Origin: Mytilus edulis
Taxonomy: Eukaryota
Length of the DNA: 64,000 bases
Direction: 5' to 3'
Assembly (NCBI RefSeq): GCF_963676685.1
Contig: NC_092345.1
Coordinates: forward strand, 99,014,001-99,078,000
A model generated the notes under the pieces. That model did no database searches, had not been told where the DNA came from, and was given only the letters and a program-made list of their open reading frames with translations. Position numbers and translations under genes: made by a program. Positions 13,318-27,662 of the stretch are shown in pieces; position 1 is the first letter of the stretch, and every line of letters starts with the position of its first letter.

Positions 13318-15975
13318 ATTTGTGTTTTTCTGAGTCTTTGGTTTGATTTGTGTTTTTCAGTCTTTGGTTTGATTTGTGTTGTTGAGTCTTTGGTTTGATT
13401 TGTGTTGTTGAGTCTTTGGTTTGATTTGTGTTGTTGAGTCTTTGGTTTGATTTGTGTTGTTGAGTCTTTGGTTTGATTTGTGTTGTTGAGTCTTTGGTTT
13501 GATTTGTGTTGTTGAGTCTTTGGTTTGATTTGTGTTGTTGAGTCTTTGGTTTGATTTGCGATGCTGAGTCTTTGGTTTGATTTGTGTTGCTGAGTCTTTG
13601 GTTTGATTTGTGTTGCTGAGTCTTTTGTTTGATTTGTGTTTTTCAGTCTTTGGTTTAATTTGTGTTTTTCAGTCTTTGGTTTGATTTGTGTTTTTCAGTC
13701 TTTGGTTTGATTTGTGTTGTTGAGTCGTTGGTTTGATTTGTGTTGTTGAGTCTTTGGTTTGATTTGTGTTGTTGAGTCTTTGGTTTGATTTGTGTTGCTG
13801 AGTCTTTGGTTTGATTTGTGTTGTTGAGTCTTTGGTTTGATTTGTTTTTCTGAGTCTTTGGTTTGATTTGTGTTGTTGAGTCGTTGGTTTGATTTGTGTT
13901 GTTGAGTCGTTGGTTTGATTTGTGTTGTTGAGTCTTTGGTTTGATTTGTGTTGTTGAGTCTTTGGTTTGATTTGTGTTGTTGAGTCTTTGGTTTGATTTG
14001 TGTTGTTGAGTCTTTGGTTTGATTTGTGTTGTTGAGTCTTTGGTTTGATTTGTTTTTCTGAGTCTTTGGTTTGATTTGTGTTGTTGAGTCGTTGGTTTGA
14101 TTTGTGTTGTTGAGTCGTTGGTTTGATTTGTGTTGTTGAGTCTTTGGTTTGATTTGTGTTGTTGAGTCTTTGGTTTGATCTGTGTTACTGAGTCTTTGGT
14201 TTGATTTGTGTTGTTGAGTCTTTGGTTTGATTTGTTTTTCTGAGTCTTTGGTTTGATTTGTGTTGTTGAGTCGTTGGTTTGATTTGTGTTGTTGAGTCTT
14301 TGGTTTGATTTGTGTTGTTGAGTCTTTGGTTTGATTTGTTTTTCTGAGTCTTTGGTTTGATTTGTGTTGTTGAGTCGTTGGTTTGATTTGTGTTGTTGAG
14401 TCGTTGGTTTGATTTGTGTTGTTGAGTCTTTGGTTTGATTTGTGTTGTTGAGTCTTTGGTTTGATTTGTGTTGTTGAGTCTTTGGTTTGATTTGTGTTGT
14501 TGAGTCTTTGGTTTGATTTGTGTTGTTGAGTCTTTGGTTTGATTTGTGTTGTTGAGTCTTTGGTTTGATTTGTTTTTCTGAGTCTTTGGTTTGATTTGTG
14601 TTGTTGAGTCGTTGGTTTGATTTGTGTTGTTGAGTCGTTGGTTTGATTTGTGTTGTTGAGTCTTTGGTTTGATTTGTGTTGTTGAGTCTTTGGTTTGATT
14701 TGTGTTGTTGAGTCTTTGGTTTGATTTGTGTTGTTGAGTCTTTGGTTTGATTTGTGTTGTTGAGTCTTTGGTTTGATTTGTGTTGTTGAGTCTTTGGTTT
14801 GATCTGTGTTGTTGAGTCTTTGGTTTGATTTGTGTTGTTGAGTCTTTGGTTTGATTTGTGTTGTTGAGTCTTTGGTTTGATTTGCGATGCTGAGTCTTTG
14901 GTTTGATTTGTGTTGCTGAGTCTTTGGTTTGATTTGTGTTGCTGAGTCTTTAGTTTGATTTGAGATTTTCAATCTTTGGTTTGATTTGTGTTGCTGAGTC
15001 TTTGGTTAAATTTGTGTTGCTGGGTCTTTGGTTTTATTTGTGTTGCTGAGTCTTTGGCTAAATTTGTGTTGCTGAGTCTTTGGTTTGATTTGTGTTGCTG
15101 AGTCTTTAGTTTGATTTGAGGTTTTCAATCTTTGGTTTGATTTGTGTTGCTGAGTCTTTGGTTAAATTTGTGTTGCTGAGTCTTTGGTTTGATTTGTGTT
15201 GCCGAGTCTTTGGTTAAATTTGTGTTGCTGAGTCTTTGGTTTGATTTGAGGTTTTCAATCTTGGGTTTAATTTGTGTTGCTGAGTCTTTGGTTGAATTTG
15301 TGTTGCTGAGTCTTTGGTTTGATTTGTGTTGCTGAGTCTTTGGTTTGATCTGTGTTTCTGAGTCTTTGGTTTGATTTGTGTTGCTGAGTCTTTGGTTGAA
15401 TTTGTGCTGCTGGGTCTTTGGTTTGATTTGTGCTGCTGAGTCTTTGGTTAAATTTGTGTTGCTGAGTCATTGGTTTGATTTGTGTTTTTCAGTCTTTGGT
15501 TTGATTTGTGTTGCTGAGTCTTTGGTTAAATTTGTGTTACTGAGTCTTTGGTTTGATTTGTGTTACTGAGTCTTTGGTTTGATTTGTGTTGCTGAGTCTT
15601 TGATTAAATTTGTGTTGCTGAGTCTTTGGTTTGATTTGTGTTGCTGAGTCTTTGGTTAAATTTGTGTTGCTGAGTCTTTGGTTTGATTTGAGGTTTTCAA
15701 TCTTGGGTTTGATTTGTGTTGCTGAGTCTTTGGTTTGATTTGTGTTTCTGAGTCTTCGGTTTGATTTGTGTTGCTGAGTCTTTGGTTAAATTTGTGCTGC
15801 TGAGTCTTTGGTTTGATTTGTGTTGCTGAGTCTTTGGTTTGATTTGTGTTGCTGAGTCTTTGGTTTGATTTGTATTGCTGAGTCTTTAGTTTGATTTGTG
15901 TTGCTGAGTCTTTGGTTAAATTTTTGTTGCTGAGTCTTTGGTTTGATTTGTGTTGCTGAGTCTTTGGTTAATTTG
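13318..15975. repeat. 26-bp satellite, about 100 copies
   Basis: Unit gagtctttggtttgatttgtgttg(t/c)t; gtt variant on the left, gct variant on the right. Confidence 0.98.
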
Positions 15976-16984
15976 ATTTTCTCCGCTGGTTATTTTGTGT
16001 AGTGTTTTCTCTTTTTATCCGTTTGTTTTGTGTGCGAACAAACTTTTATTCTAATTATAGGGTGTTACAGTTTTATAATTATTTGTTTTATTTTAAATGA
16101 AATAATATCAGTTTAATCGTATTCAGTTTAGATAATTTAAACACTGGAACTGAATGGAAATAAAAGGATGTCGATAACTGTGTGAGAAATTCCGTATTTT
16201 TCCAAACCGTAAACTAAATAACCGAAATATTTTTATAAAGTTGTGCATGCAAGTCTGGAGCAATACTTGTTTGCACTGTGAGGTATTGGTGAACCTGAAA
16301 AGTGATTAATTGGATTGAATTAGATAAAATGAGTAAAGTAACTTAGTTATCCGAGATGCAAAATATAGATCTAATTTCGATAAACTTAATTATAAATTAC
16401 TATGGGAAAAGTTGCAAAAACCAATACTGCTAAACGCGATCAAGTACAGTTCACTCATTATGTGTGTTTTTTTCTTTTCGTGTATATTTTTTTTCGCTTT
16501 GAAGGTCAGTTGTTACTATAAACATGAACTGGTAGTACATTATTCTATATATAATAAATGACATGTAGTTAAGCTTCCGTGTAAGAGAAGGGGGATAATT
16601 AACTTTTACGACACTTTCATCTGCTTACCCGTCAGCCAATAGTTATTGTGACTGATATTACAAGTATTACAATATAGTGGCTTTCACTGGTATACTATCG
16701 TTAGATAAAATTATATTAAACATGAAAATCTCCAGAAATGAAACAATTTGAGCGCCAATCGTTGTATTTTGATATCAGCAGAGAAGTATCTCCGTCAACA
16801 AAACAACAAATAATATTCAACATTTGGTCATTTGAATTTGAATTAATATTTTAGATATGTGTCCCGTTTGTTGGCTGTTTTTTTGTAGTATTTAGATGAA
16901 GTTGGAATACAAAGTATTTAATATAGTATAGAGCGTTTTCCAACTATTATTTTTTTGTTTTATTATGTTGTGTTGTTGCACCGC

Positions 16985-17320
16985 ATATCCAGTAAGAGGG
17001 AGGGTTGGGAGTTCACAAACATGTTAAACATGTTCAAACACACAATATGCGCAATGCGCATTTCCTAAGTCAGAAGGCTTCAATTCAGCAGTTGTCATAC
17101 TAAGAAATTGTATCTCTTTTGCAAACGTCAGGCCGTTAGTTTTCTCGTTTGAATTGTTTTACATTGTTATATCGGGGTCTTTTATAGCTGACAATGCGGT
17201 ATGAGCTTTGCTCGTTGTTGAAGGCCGTACGGTGACCTATAGTTGTTATTGTATGTGTCATTTTGGTCTCTTGTTGACAGTTGTCTCATTGGCAATCATA
17301 CCACATCTTCTTTTTTATAT
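16985..17320 (+). mobile_element. Short non-autonomous retroelement related to family B, with decayed twister-like head
   Basis: gggagggttg...aaacatgtt...tcctaagtcag, then ttgaaggccgtacggtgacc and the agttgtctcattggca...ccacatctt end. Confidence 0.7.
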
Positions 17321-18590
17321 TGTTTTTTTTTTGGTCATTTTCCCACATCAGTCGCTCTTTATAGAAGACAGCACAATATCCTGAATTTGTAAACATCTTC
17401 TTCCTAAACTCGTATGATTCAGTGGTCCGCTATCGGTCAGTATCATCTCGCCTACGTAGCGATAGATAGTGAGTCGGAATATAACGACTGGATTAGTTTC
17501 TGTTGGTCTCCACATTTCCCTAGATTCGTATCAAATTTTAGTACTTAGTTTAAAATATATCAACCTGGTAATTTGAAACAATTCATTTAAGCAGAGCATT
17601 TTATAAATAATATTATGTTTCACGGTGAATTCTATGTGTTAATGCATTTATTACTACACCCCTCCCACCAAAAAAAACCACACAAAAAATGTATAGTAAG
17701 AAAATAGCACGATCACATTTTAAAATTCAACAACGATTAAAAAAAGCCTGTGTTCGTATGATTTTCTTTATATTGTTTTATTAAATATATTAACACTGAA
17801 AGGAAGGAAGAACACCATATTTTATCGGACAAAATGAAGAAATTAAAATATATGAAACACATCTTATTTAACAAACTGTTATTTGATATATGTATCATAT
17901 TTTTGCTATTGTACGAGACTTGATGTCGTCTGCGATAGTCACTTACATCGATCTACACACCACTCAGTACCACGTTTTATGCACCAGGTGTTTAATAGCG
18001 GACCAATTTCACACAATAATAAAAAGTTTGATAAATTATACATATCAAATCATTAACTATTATTGTCTGGTGAAGACTTTGATCTAATTATGTTTTTGTA
18101 ACTTGGCGCCAGGTTCCGTCATCTACCGGAGATTTTCCGCATTATAGGGAAAACCTGGAAGTTATACTGCTATTAGTCATCTGACGTTTACAAATATCAA
18201 CTTTTTCTTTAATAATTTATGAAACAGTAATCAAATGTCATAAACGTGATCTGATCATTTGAAAAGGAAATAGTACAATTATATTGTTTAATTTATGGCA
18301 TTGAGGAACTATGCGAAGCGCAGTAAACGTAATGCATACAGCCCTCAAAGGCTTGAATATAGGCTAAAATGAGGTCCACGAATAATATTTTAGTCGTTAT
18401 AACGAGTAAGCCATGTCGCTATAGAGAGTTAGAATATCAATGGCACCTACCAACGTCCGTAAATAAAGACAACAGTAATATACCGCTGTTCAAAAGTCAT
18501 AAATCGATTGAAAGAAAACAAATTCGGTAAAAATAATCCTTTGTATACCTAACTATAGTGTTTTATTAAGGTATATACAGAATTATTTTT

Positions 18591-19106
18591 TTCTGAGACA
18601 AGAGCCTGTGTATCACAGTCTACCTGAGGTACTTTCTGAGACAAGTGTCTGTGTATCACAGTCTACCTGAGGTACTTTCTGAGACAAGTGTATGTGTATC
18701 ACAGTCTACCTGAGGTACTTTCTGAGACAAGTGCCTGTGTATCACAGTCTACCTGAGTTACTTTCTGAGACAAGTGTCTGTGTATCACAGTCTACCTGAG
18801 GTACTTTCTGAGACAAGTGTCCGTGTATCACAGTCTACCTGAGGTACTTTCTGAGACAAGTGTATGTGTATCACAGTCTACCTGAGGTACTTTCTGAGAA
18901 AAGTGCCTGTGTATCACAGTCTACCTGAGGTACTTTCTGAGACAAGTGTCTGTGTATTACAGTCTACCTGAGGTACTTTCTGAGACAAGCGCCTGTGTAT
19001 CACAGTCTACCTGAGGTACTTTCTGAGACAAGTGCCTGTGTATCACAGTCTACCTGAGGTACTTTCTGAGACAAGTGTCTGTGTATCACAGTCTACCTGA
19101 GGTACT
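18591..19106. repeat. 43-bp minisatellite, 12 copies
   Basis: Unit ttctgagacaagtg(t/c)ctgtgtatcacagtctacctgaggtact, head to tail, no spacers. Confidence 0.97.
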
Positions 19107-21130
19107 TGATTATTGACTGATATTTTAGTTCTGGTAGGATCTGAAAAGTATGGTGCATGGGACAAACGGCGGCTAATTTAAATCGTCATCGGAAAACAAA
19201 GGCCTTTTTGGCAGGAAAAGAAATATCCTATAATATGACAGCTACGAAACCCAAGGCATTATTGCTCGTGTTCTTTGACACGCAGAGATCGACGTGTTTT
19301 CCAAAAAAAGAAAATAGATTGAACGATAGTGTAAATAGCTTTTTTAAAAACATCAAACAAATTAAGCAGTTGTCCTCTCAGATGAAGACATTATTTTCAG
19401 AAGAAAGTATTTTTATTTCGGTTTTATTATACACACACTAGTGTAAAAGTTATCACTGAAAATTAAAAAAAAACTTGAGCATTTTTAAGCAGAATTGAAT
19501 GACGATGATGAATATATTTTGCGAAAATAACACTTTTAACCAGGCGATTATCTTAATAATTGAATTAACATCGTATAATGTATATTGTGCCAATAACATG
19601 AACTCATATTGAAAGAAAATGCGCAAACATGTATTTTCGGCCACAATCTATTTTATTTTAATTTTTAACAGTCAAAAATGAGTTTCAGGCATATGCACCA
19701 ATACATGATTGATGAAGATCATCATAAAGTCTCTGTTATTAGAGTTCTAACATTCCAGTTCAATTTCCGTCAACATGAACAACATATCTGATAATTAAGA
19801 CCTCATTATTGTAAGTACAGGATAATTTTATCGACGCCATTGCTGCCAGATCGAATTTTATCCTACTGATTACCCGGATTAAGCATAATTCGACTCCGGC
19901 TTTCAAAGTTGGCTTTGAAATCATTCTTTCAGCTAGGTTTTATTTTTAAAGTGGTTTTGTACGCCTTTATTTTCATTTTTTTGGCTGCGCCGATTAATTC
20001 GATACAATAGAAGCGTAGAAAATTGATAAGTTAATGATATCAGGCATGCACAAGAGGTCTACAAAGATTATTTGAAGACATTTAAAGAGTAACCACTATA
20101 ACGTTAAAACAGTTATAGAGTTGAAATAGTTGGGTTTTTTTAATACGTGGAACACAGATAACCTCCATGGTTTTCAGTTTTTAAATTTCAATGATTTTGA
20201 CCAAAATTGTGTGTGGTGGGTGAAAAAGGGGAAGCGCACACGCCTTTATTTTATAGTTATATTAAAATTCATCTCTTAGCATAAACAATACTATTATTTC
20301 TGTAACAAAACTACCCTTGAGTCGGTCAATATCTGTCAATTCAATGTGATTTCTTCGTGTTCTTATTTCTTACTTAAAATGCACCCAAACATCGGTAATA
20401 TCCAGTAGTAAAGGCAACAATTGTACTATAATGTCTTAATTCAATCAAATGAAATTTGTTATACATTATTATTAAATTGTCTGAGAAATTTTATGATACA
20501 CAACTTGGCGTCTTCAAGTAAACTTTGCCAATTTTATAAACAAGCGGAAAGCAAACACTAAAACATTTATTAAGATAAAAGTTGTCAGTTTCATTTACAA
20601 TGATAATAGTCATGTTTGTTACATCTCTTCCTGAAGACGCCATTCTGTAATTTGTGCACTGGAAGACAAATAGATTTCATCAAAGACAGACTTGAAATAT
20701 TCAAAGAAGATTTGTTCCTGACTGACGACTGCATGCTTTTCAAAAGATTGATTAACGAACTAATACAAAGTACAATCAAGACAACTAATAAAAGTGTAAG
20801 ACTTTATAGTTTATACAAATGATTGTAAACTGTTTATTTCGATAGTAGAAGTTTATGTTAATTTACAGATCTTAAAATACTATGAATATAAACTTTTAAT
20901 ATCTACATTCTATATCATTCTATATAAACATAACTTTATATAAAGAAATTCAAAAACATTTCAAAAACATTAAACGAATATAACTAGTATTGACTAACAA
21001 GGATTAAGTATGACAGCACCAAAACAAATACTAATGAATTGAATTCATAGTTAAGTTATCATATATATTGTTCAAATTTTCATATATCTAGTAATATTTC
21101 ATTGAAATGATTTTTTTTTATTTCGACCTC

Positions 21131-21645
21131 ATACCTTGCGTGATTGGGAGATGTCTTTTTGTCTAGACTCAAGACACTACCAGATTCTTACCTTGGTTGC
21201 TTTGTTGATGTATATTGCCTGGACGCAAACCACTACCAAAATGTATACCTTGGCTAATGGTGGGAGTCTATCGTCTGGACGCAAACCACTACCAAATGCA
21301 TACCTTGGTTGATTGGTAGATGTCTATTGTCTGGACGCAAACCACTACCAAATGCATACCTTGGTTATTGGTAGATGTCTATTGTCTGGACGCAAACCAC
21401 TACCAAATGCATACCTTGGTTGATTGGTAGATGTCTATTATCTGGACGCAAGACACTAATCTATTCTCTGGACGCAAGACACTAGTCTATTGTTTGGACA
21501 CAAGAAACTACCAAATTCATATTTTGGCTGATTGGTTAATGTCTCGTGTCTGGACGCAAGACACTAGTCTATTGTCTTGACGCAAGACACTACCAAATTC
21601 ATACCTTGGCTGATTGGTGGATTTTTATTGTCTTGGCCCAAGCCA
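21131..21645. repeat. Degenerate 56-bp tandem repeat
   Basis: ataccttggttgattggtagatgtctattgtctggacgcaaaccactaccaaatgc recurring. Confidence 0.88.
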
Positions 21646-22394
21646 CTAATGAATTTACAAGCCATTCGTATATTTTCTCTTCAAAGCACGATATTATACG
21701 AAAGATTAGTACTCTTTTAAGGACTAAGTAATACAAAGGCTTGACCGATACATTAAGTTTCATCTCCATCAGTCCAATCCGTCATTGAGATATATTTATC
21801 GATAATGAGTCGATATTATTGAAGAGGGAATAAATACAAGATATAAACTAGAATATGTTCCTTCCAACAAATAAGCTTTAAACTTCTTGCATGTTTAAGC
21901 AAAAATATATACGCGTCTTGTTTTCACTTCATGACAATACAAATCCTTGGGGGTAACCTGGAGTATAAACAAGAGTTACAAATCAAATAGTCTCTTTGTC
22001 TAGAGGTGTAATCAAAGAACCATTATTGTGCATTTGTTGTCTTTGCTTGTCATATGGTCCGATTTTAACTTTACACAGGAGGTCTCGGGTTTCATAACTA
22101 TTTTTAAAAGGGACTGAAGCGAAGACTAGTGAAACTTTATTTTGAAAAAGTGTTATGAATTTAAATGGATTCTTAAATTTCCAAATGGAATTCTCTCACG
22201 ATATTAGATATCAAGAAATTCTTGAGTGTAACATATCATGTCACTTGTAAACGTATCACATGTCATTAGTTAAAAAAAGTCATAGTAATGCAAAACAAAT
22301 TTGATTTACACAGATTAAACAAGGAAATAAACATATCAGTAAACAATAACATAAATATTTGACTCTTCGTTTACAAATTTGAGAAAGTATAAAA

Positions 22395-22580
22395 AAGAAG
22401 ATTATTGCCAATGAGACAACTCTCTACAAGAAAAAAAATGACAAAAAAATTAGCAACTATAGGTCACCGTACGGCCTTCAACAATAAGCAAAGCCCATAC
22501 CGCATAGTCAGTTATAAAAGGTCCCGAAATGACAATGTAAAACAATTCAAACGAGAAGACTAACGACCTAATTTATGTAT
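22395..22580 (-). mobile_element. Short non-autonomous retroelement, 3' portion
   Basis: Reverse-complement match to 17130-17315. Confidence 0.75.
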
Positions 22581-25261
22581 AAAGGAATATTATATATTAT
22601 AACAGTACCAAAGAATTGACTATGGACTTAATGATACCGTATAGGACTAGAAGTACACCAGCAGTGGTTTCGATCTAGTGTTAAAAAGAAAAGAAACTCT
22701 TTAAAGTTTGATGCGTCTGAAGCGTTGTACTGCATGTACCTTCCTTAGAAATGCTCCAACACAAAACTTTAAAGCCATTGATGTAAAATATACTGGAACA
22801 CTTGAAGAAATACAAAACCATTAGGGATATTAAAGTATAGCCAAATCCTAAACCTTTCACAATGGAGTTTTAAAACACAAGCAATATATATCCAATGAGT
22901 TCGAAAATCATGTCAAATTGATTTAGGAGAGATATACACTTGGGCATGTGAATATAATGGTAAATCGACATTATAGGTGCTCTCGTGTTAACTTTTCTAT
23001 TGTCGAAATTTTATAAAATTCAATTGATGTCGGCTGTTGTCTTCTCTATGGGTTGTTGACGCTTTGACACATTCCTCATTTATATTCTCAATTTTACATC
23101 AGCGCCGATTAAAATGTTTTGTTTGTTTCACTTTGGGTCTGTGTAAAAATAATCCACCAGACTATAAATGACGTAGATGTAAGCAACTTTAGGTCATCGC
23201 AAAGCCTTCAACAATGAGTAAAACCCACACCAATAAACGAAACCCAAATATGATATACATAAACAAACGACAACCACTAAATTTCATACTCATGACCTGT
23301 ATAGAATTTGGGCGATTAAATATGTCTGTGAGTGCTCAACCCACCTAAAAGAATCAGTGCACATCCAGTGGATAAAGTGTCAAGTGGCCTTAGTCCCAGA
23401 TATTATTGTAAAAGGTTTATTCAAAGCTAGGCCTTCCAGAGGTATGTTAACCAGTGTATTGATTCAATTTTATGTTTATCCTTGCTGTGTGATATTCGGC
23501 GTTAAATGAAAATGAACACCCTGCATTTTTCATGCTTTTCAATTAAATATGGTATAATCGCTGAAAGATCCCTCCTAATTTTTTTGAAGACTATCATTCT
23601 GCATTGACAGGGCTGTATCTAATACATATGGCATGCTGATCTGAATCTTCTTTTTTATTACTTCAGTTATTGTAAATTATTTATTGATTTGAAGTATCAG
23701 ATTTGTGTATGGGTTGTTGATCTCAATGTTCTGCTGTATAATGATTGTTGTAACACAGTTTTTTAACAAGACAGATGTTTTTCGCTAATTTTATTTTATA
23801 CCCAATCAATTAAAGATTATAAAAAAATCCTTAATTTAATTTGTGCGCGTTCCATCTGTTTTGTGTATGTGTTTGGTTGTTTTGTGTACATTATTGTATG
23901 TAGTCGCTATTTTAACTGGTATATATTTCATTTTGCATTGACCACGAAACATGATAGTGACAACTTACATACAACTTTATTTATCTAAACACCAGCTGGA
24001 AACAATTAAAATTTAATTCAATAATCATATCGATATGTAATGACAAGCTTTATTCATTATAGCCATCAATAGTCATAAACATGTCGTAACTATCTTCTAA
24101 TTACAATAATCCTTACGTATCTCCTCCAGTATTGCAATCAGAATGATTCAGCTGAAAACTTGTATCTTAGAACATAATATCGAATACTATGAATACATTT
24201 TTTTGGGGGAAAAAGGGGGGGGGGGGGAGTCAACATGTATTACTTAATTTGATTTCCCTAGTAATTCAGGACTATATCAAATTAACAATAAATCGAAAAG
24301 ATATATTCTGAGTGTCAAAAAAACGAACAAATTTCGTAAGGAAGATTTTACATGCAGAAATTAATATCATCTGGATTTATTGTAAATGCTAGTATTACCC
24401 ATTTTATATTTTCTGGCAATTTTTTTATACCTTCGATTACCTTGAAAAATATTACAACTGTTCTTTCTCCTTATTGGTAGACCACAATTTGTCATGTTTT
24501 CTCATAAGTAACTAATTTGCAATATAGATTTATTCCAAAAATAAGTAAGCTATTCATCTAATTCTAAATTTTAATAAAATCTCGAACGTCTTCTATTGAG
24601 GGCGTTCACAAAAGTTAAAAAAACCCATATATTTAAGGTATGGTGTAAGGTTATTATATCTACGAAGAAAACATAACCGGATTTACGTTTGAAGGACTAA
24701 GTAATGTAAAATGAGGCAGTTATTACAAACATTTTAAGTGCCATCACAATATAGTGTCTCTGATAATAAAGATACCACTACAGAACACTACTTCAGCCTT
24801 ATTTTGATGTTTTATTCAATTTTTGTCTTAAAACTGATCGTATCGCACGAAACCATAAGCGTAAAGAAAATAAAAAGGGCATAAAAGTTTGTTTTTCTTT
24901 GAAGTTGTTTATAATTGTTGGAAATTTGTCATTCGAGGTGAAAACTAATGCACGCATAATGGACGTCGTAAGATTGTTCGACATGATAACGAGGGCGACT
25001 TTATATTTTTGATTTATGAATATATAATATATATTAGTTTGGACGGATAGAAATAATATTAAAATAAAATTAACATGATCTTATAATCATGATTTATGAA
25101 CTATGCATTACCAGAAAAAAGACATGCGATTCTTTAAATACGAATATATAATGAGAGTATATATATCATATAATCGGCAATATTTCTGTCGGACCATTTG
25201 TATTACAAAAAAGTAGAAACACTTTTCATCTGCGATCATCTGCTAGTTTATGGTTTAACCA

Positions 25262-25720
25262 ATATGAAGTACGAACTGTTCCTTACTGATTCCGACAGAA
25301 AACAATGTATCAATTTTCAAGCCGCTCATTAAAATATGATTTCAAAATGATACAATGAAATACGAACCGTTCCAAAAAATATAATTTCTACAGAATACAA
25401 TGAAGAAGGAACCGGAACCGTTCCATACAGTATGTATTTGTAAAGAATACAATGAAGTTTGAATCGTAGCATACAATATTATTTCTACAAAATACAACGA
25501 AGTACGAACCGTTCCATACATTATGTATAATTTATTCGGAATATGATGAAGTACAAAACATTTCATAAAGTATCATGTATGTCTGCAGAATAGAATGAAA
25601 TACGAACCGTTCCATAAAATATTATTTCTACAGAATACAACGAAGAACTAACCTGTTCCTAATATATGTATTTTCAAAGAGTACAATGAAGTACGAACCG
25701 TTCCAAACAGTATGCATTAT
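25262..25720. repeat. Degenerate tandem repeat of about 53 bp
   Basis: Recurring aatacaatgaagtacgaaccgttcc core. Confidence 0.75.
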
Positions 25721-26819
25721 TACAGAAAACAGTTACTGTAGTATATATAATGACCGTCCAGTACGGAATGTGTTTTAACAAAATAAAATTAATTACGAAA
25801 AAAATATAAAAAAATTACAATCTCATAAATAATTACTTCAGTAAGGTTTTAACTCCCTCAGGCTAATTTGACATATTTGGCCATTGTGGACCTTTTTTGG
25901 TATAATAGCTATTCAACTGCATGTTTTTATTCTTGTACATCATTGGCTTTCAAATACTTGGCTTTGAGAATGCAAGGCCCGTCCGAACAACTTATCTGTT
26001 TCAAGTCATTCAGTATCTCAATAACGTCCTTGTATAAGACACGTTGTATAAAAGTAATCTTTTTTGGAAAGGCTATTGATCATATCCAAAAGTTAGCAAA
26101 CAGGTCTCAAAGAAAGCAATTTTGTGGTCTTACAGATTTTCCTTTAATGCAAGTTAAATGGTTTACGACAAATATGCAAGATAAAATTCAAATACAAATA
26201 ATCCACATAGCACTAGTAACTGATATATGTCAAGACTAATATTATTAGTTACATATATATATATAGTGTGCTAGTGACCTAATACGGTATAAATGGGGTC
26301 AGTAAATTCCATATGGAATATAAAGGGACGTAACTCCACTATAACCGTGTATGAAATAAGCCCCGCCTCCCTACTAATCTAATATCAAATATACACGGTC
26401 TTCACGCGGACGCTTTTAACCAATCACATTCCTAGAAATGTATAGGAGGTAAGATAAATACACATCTTTAGGATGTTATTTGTTATATTTGATTTGCTTC
26501 GTGTTTTTCTAATCAAGGGACCAAATTGAATATAGCCTTTTACCACACTGACTTTTGCACACTTGTAAAAACTTATCCAAGATATCAGGCTTATAAGTTG
26601 GTTCGCGAAACCTCTATTTTGTCTCTTCGATGGCACTCGAATCAAAGTATTTAAAAGGTAGTTGAATCAAACATGCAGTGTGGGTGTTTCATGTATTGAT
26701 GGTTTGTGAAATACTTCGTAATGTCTGAGAGTTAATGAGACACATTCATCTATCCAATATTGCACGATGCGTAATGACTTTAAATAATCAATATATTTTG
26801 TTAGGAGTACGTATATTTT

Positions 26820-27202
26820 ATCGTATGTTTTTCTTTGTTGTGATGTTATGCTATTGTTTCAGAAAAAGGGAGAAGGTTTGGATCCATTAAAACGTTTAAT
26901 CCCGCTGCAAATGTTTGCACCTGTCCTAAGTCAGGAATCTGATGTACAGTAGTTGTCGTTTGTTTATGTAATATATACGTGTTTCTCGTTTCTCGTTTTG
27001 TTTATATAGATTAGACCGTTGGTTTTCCCGTTTGAATGGTTTTACACTAGTAATTTTGGGGCCCTTTATAGCTTGTTGTTCGGTGTGAGCCAAAGCTCCG
27101 TGTTGAAGGCCGTACTTTAACCTATAATGGTTTACTTTTTAAATTGTTATTTGTATGGAGAGTTGTCTCATTGGCACTCACACCACATCTTCCTATATCT
27201 AT
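26820..27202 (+). mobile_element. Family B short non-autonomous retroelement, longest copy
   Basis: Homologous to 7503-7794, 47930-48265 and 57248-57519; contains twister and junction modules. Confidence 0.8.
26859..26942 (+). ncRNA. Predicted type-P5 twister ribozyme (family B)
   Basis: tcaga..GGGA-G-A-AGG..TAA-TCCC-GC-tgcaaa/tttgca-CCTG-TCCT-AAGT-CAGG..tctga; stems covary with the copy at 35709. Confidence 0.75.
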
Positions 27203-27404
27203 TTTAAGACAGAGCATTTCACCTGTCGAGCATGAACTTACAACCTTCCTCGAGTCCCCCCTCCTAATTGTTCGAGTGTGTTCTGTTGAACCTTATATTT
27301 TTTGTAACGGGTATTAGGAACTGCTGTTATGTTAAGTGTGTTTAGTTAACGCTGTGCAATATCCTTGAATTTGAGTATACTATATTGACTATAAAGAATT
27401 AGAA

Positions 27405-27662
27405 TATTTACCAGATTTGTAATAACATGAGCAACACGACGGGTGCCACATTTGGAGCAGGATTTGCTCACTCTTCCAGAGTACATGAGATCACCCCCAG
27501 TTTTTGGTTGTGTTCGTGTTGTTTAGTCTTAAATTTTCTATGTTGTGTCTTGTGTACTATTATTGGTCTATTTGTCTTTTCCTTTTTTAGCCATGGCGTT
27601 GTCAGTTTATTTTCGATCTATGAGTTTGACTGTCACTTTGGTATCTTTCGCCCCTCTTTTTT
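27405..27662 (+). mobile_element. Short interspersed repeat
   Basis: gagcaacacgacgggtgcc...ttcgtgttg...ggtatctttcgcccctc; decayed relative at about 40440-40635. Confidence 0.6.

Noticed and set aside
13695-14972. 425-aa repetitive ORF
   Set aside because: Translation of a stop-free 26-bp satellite cycling through all three frames
18591-19106. CRISPR-like regular array
   Set aside because: Repeats are head to tail with no unique spacers, there are no cas genes, and the context is eukaryotic
26355-26430. GC box and CCAAT as a promoter
   Set aside because: No supported gene nearby; such short motifs occur by chance or within repeats
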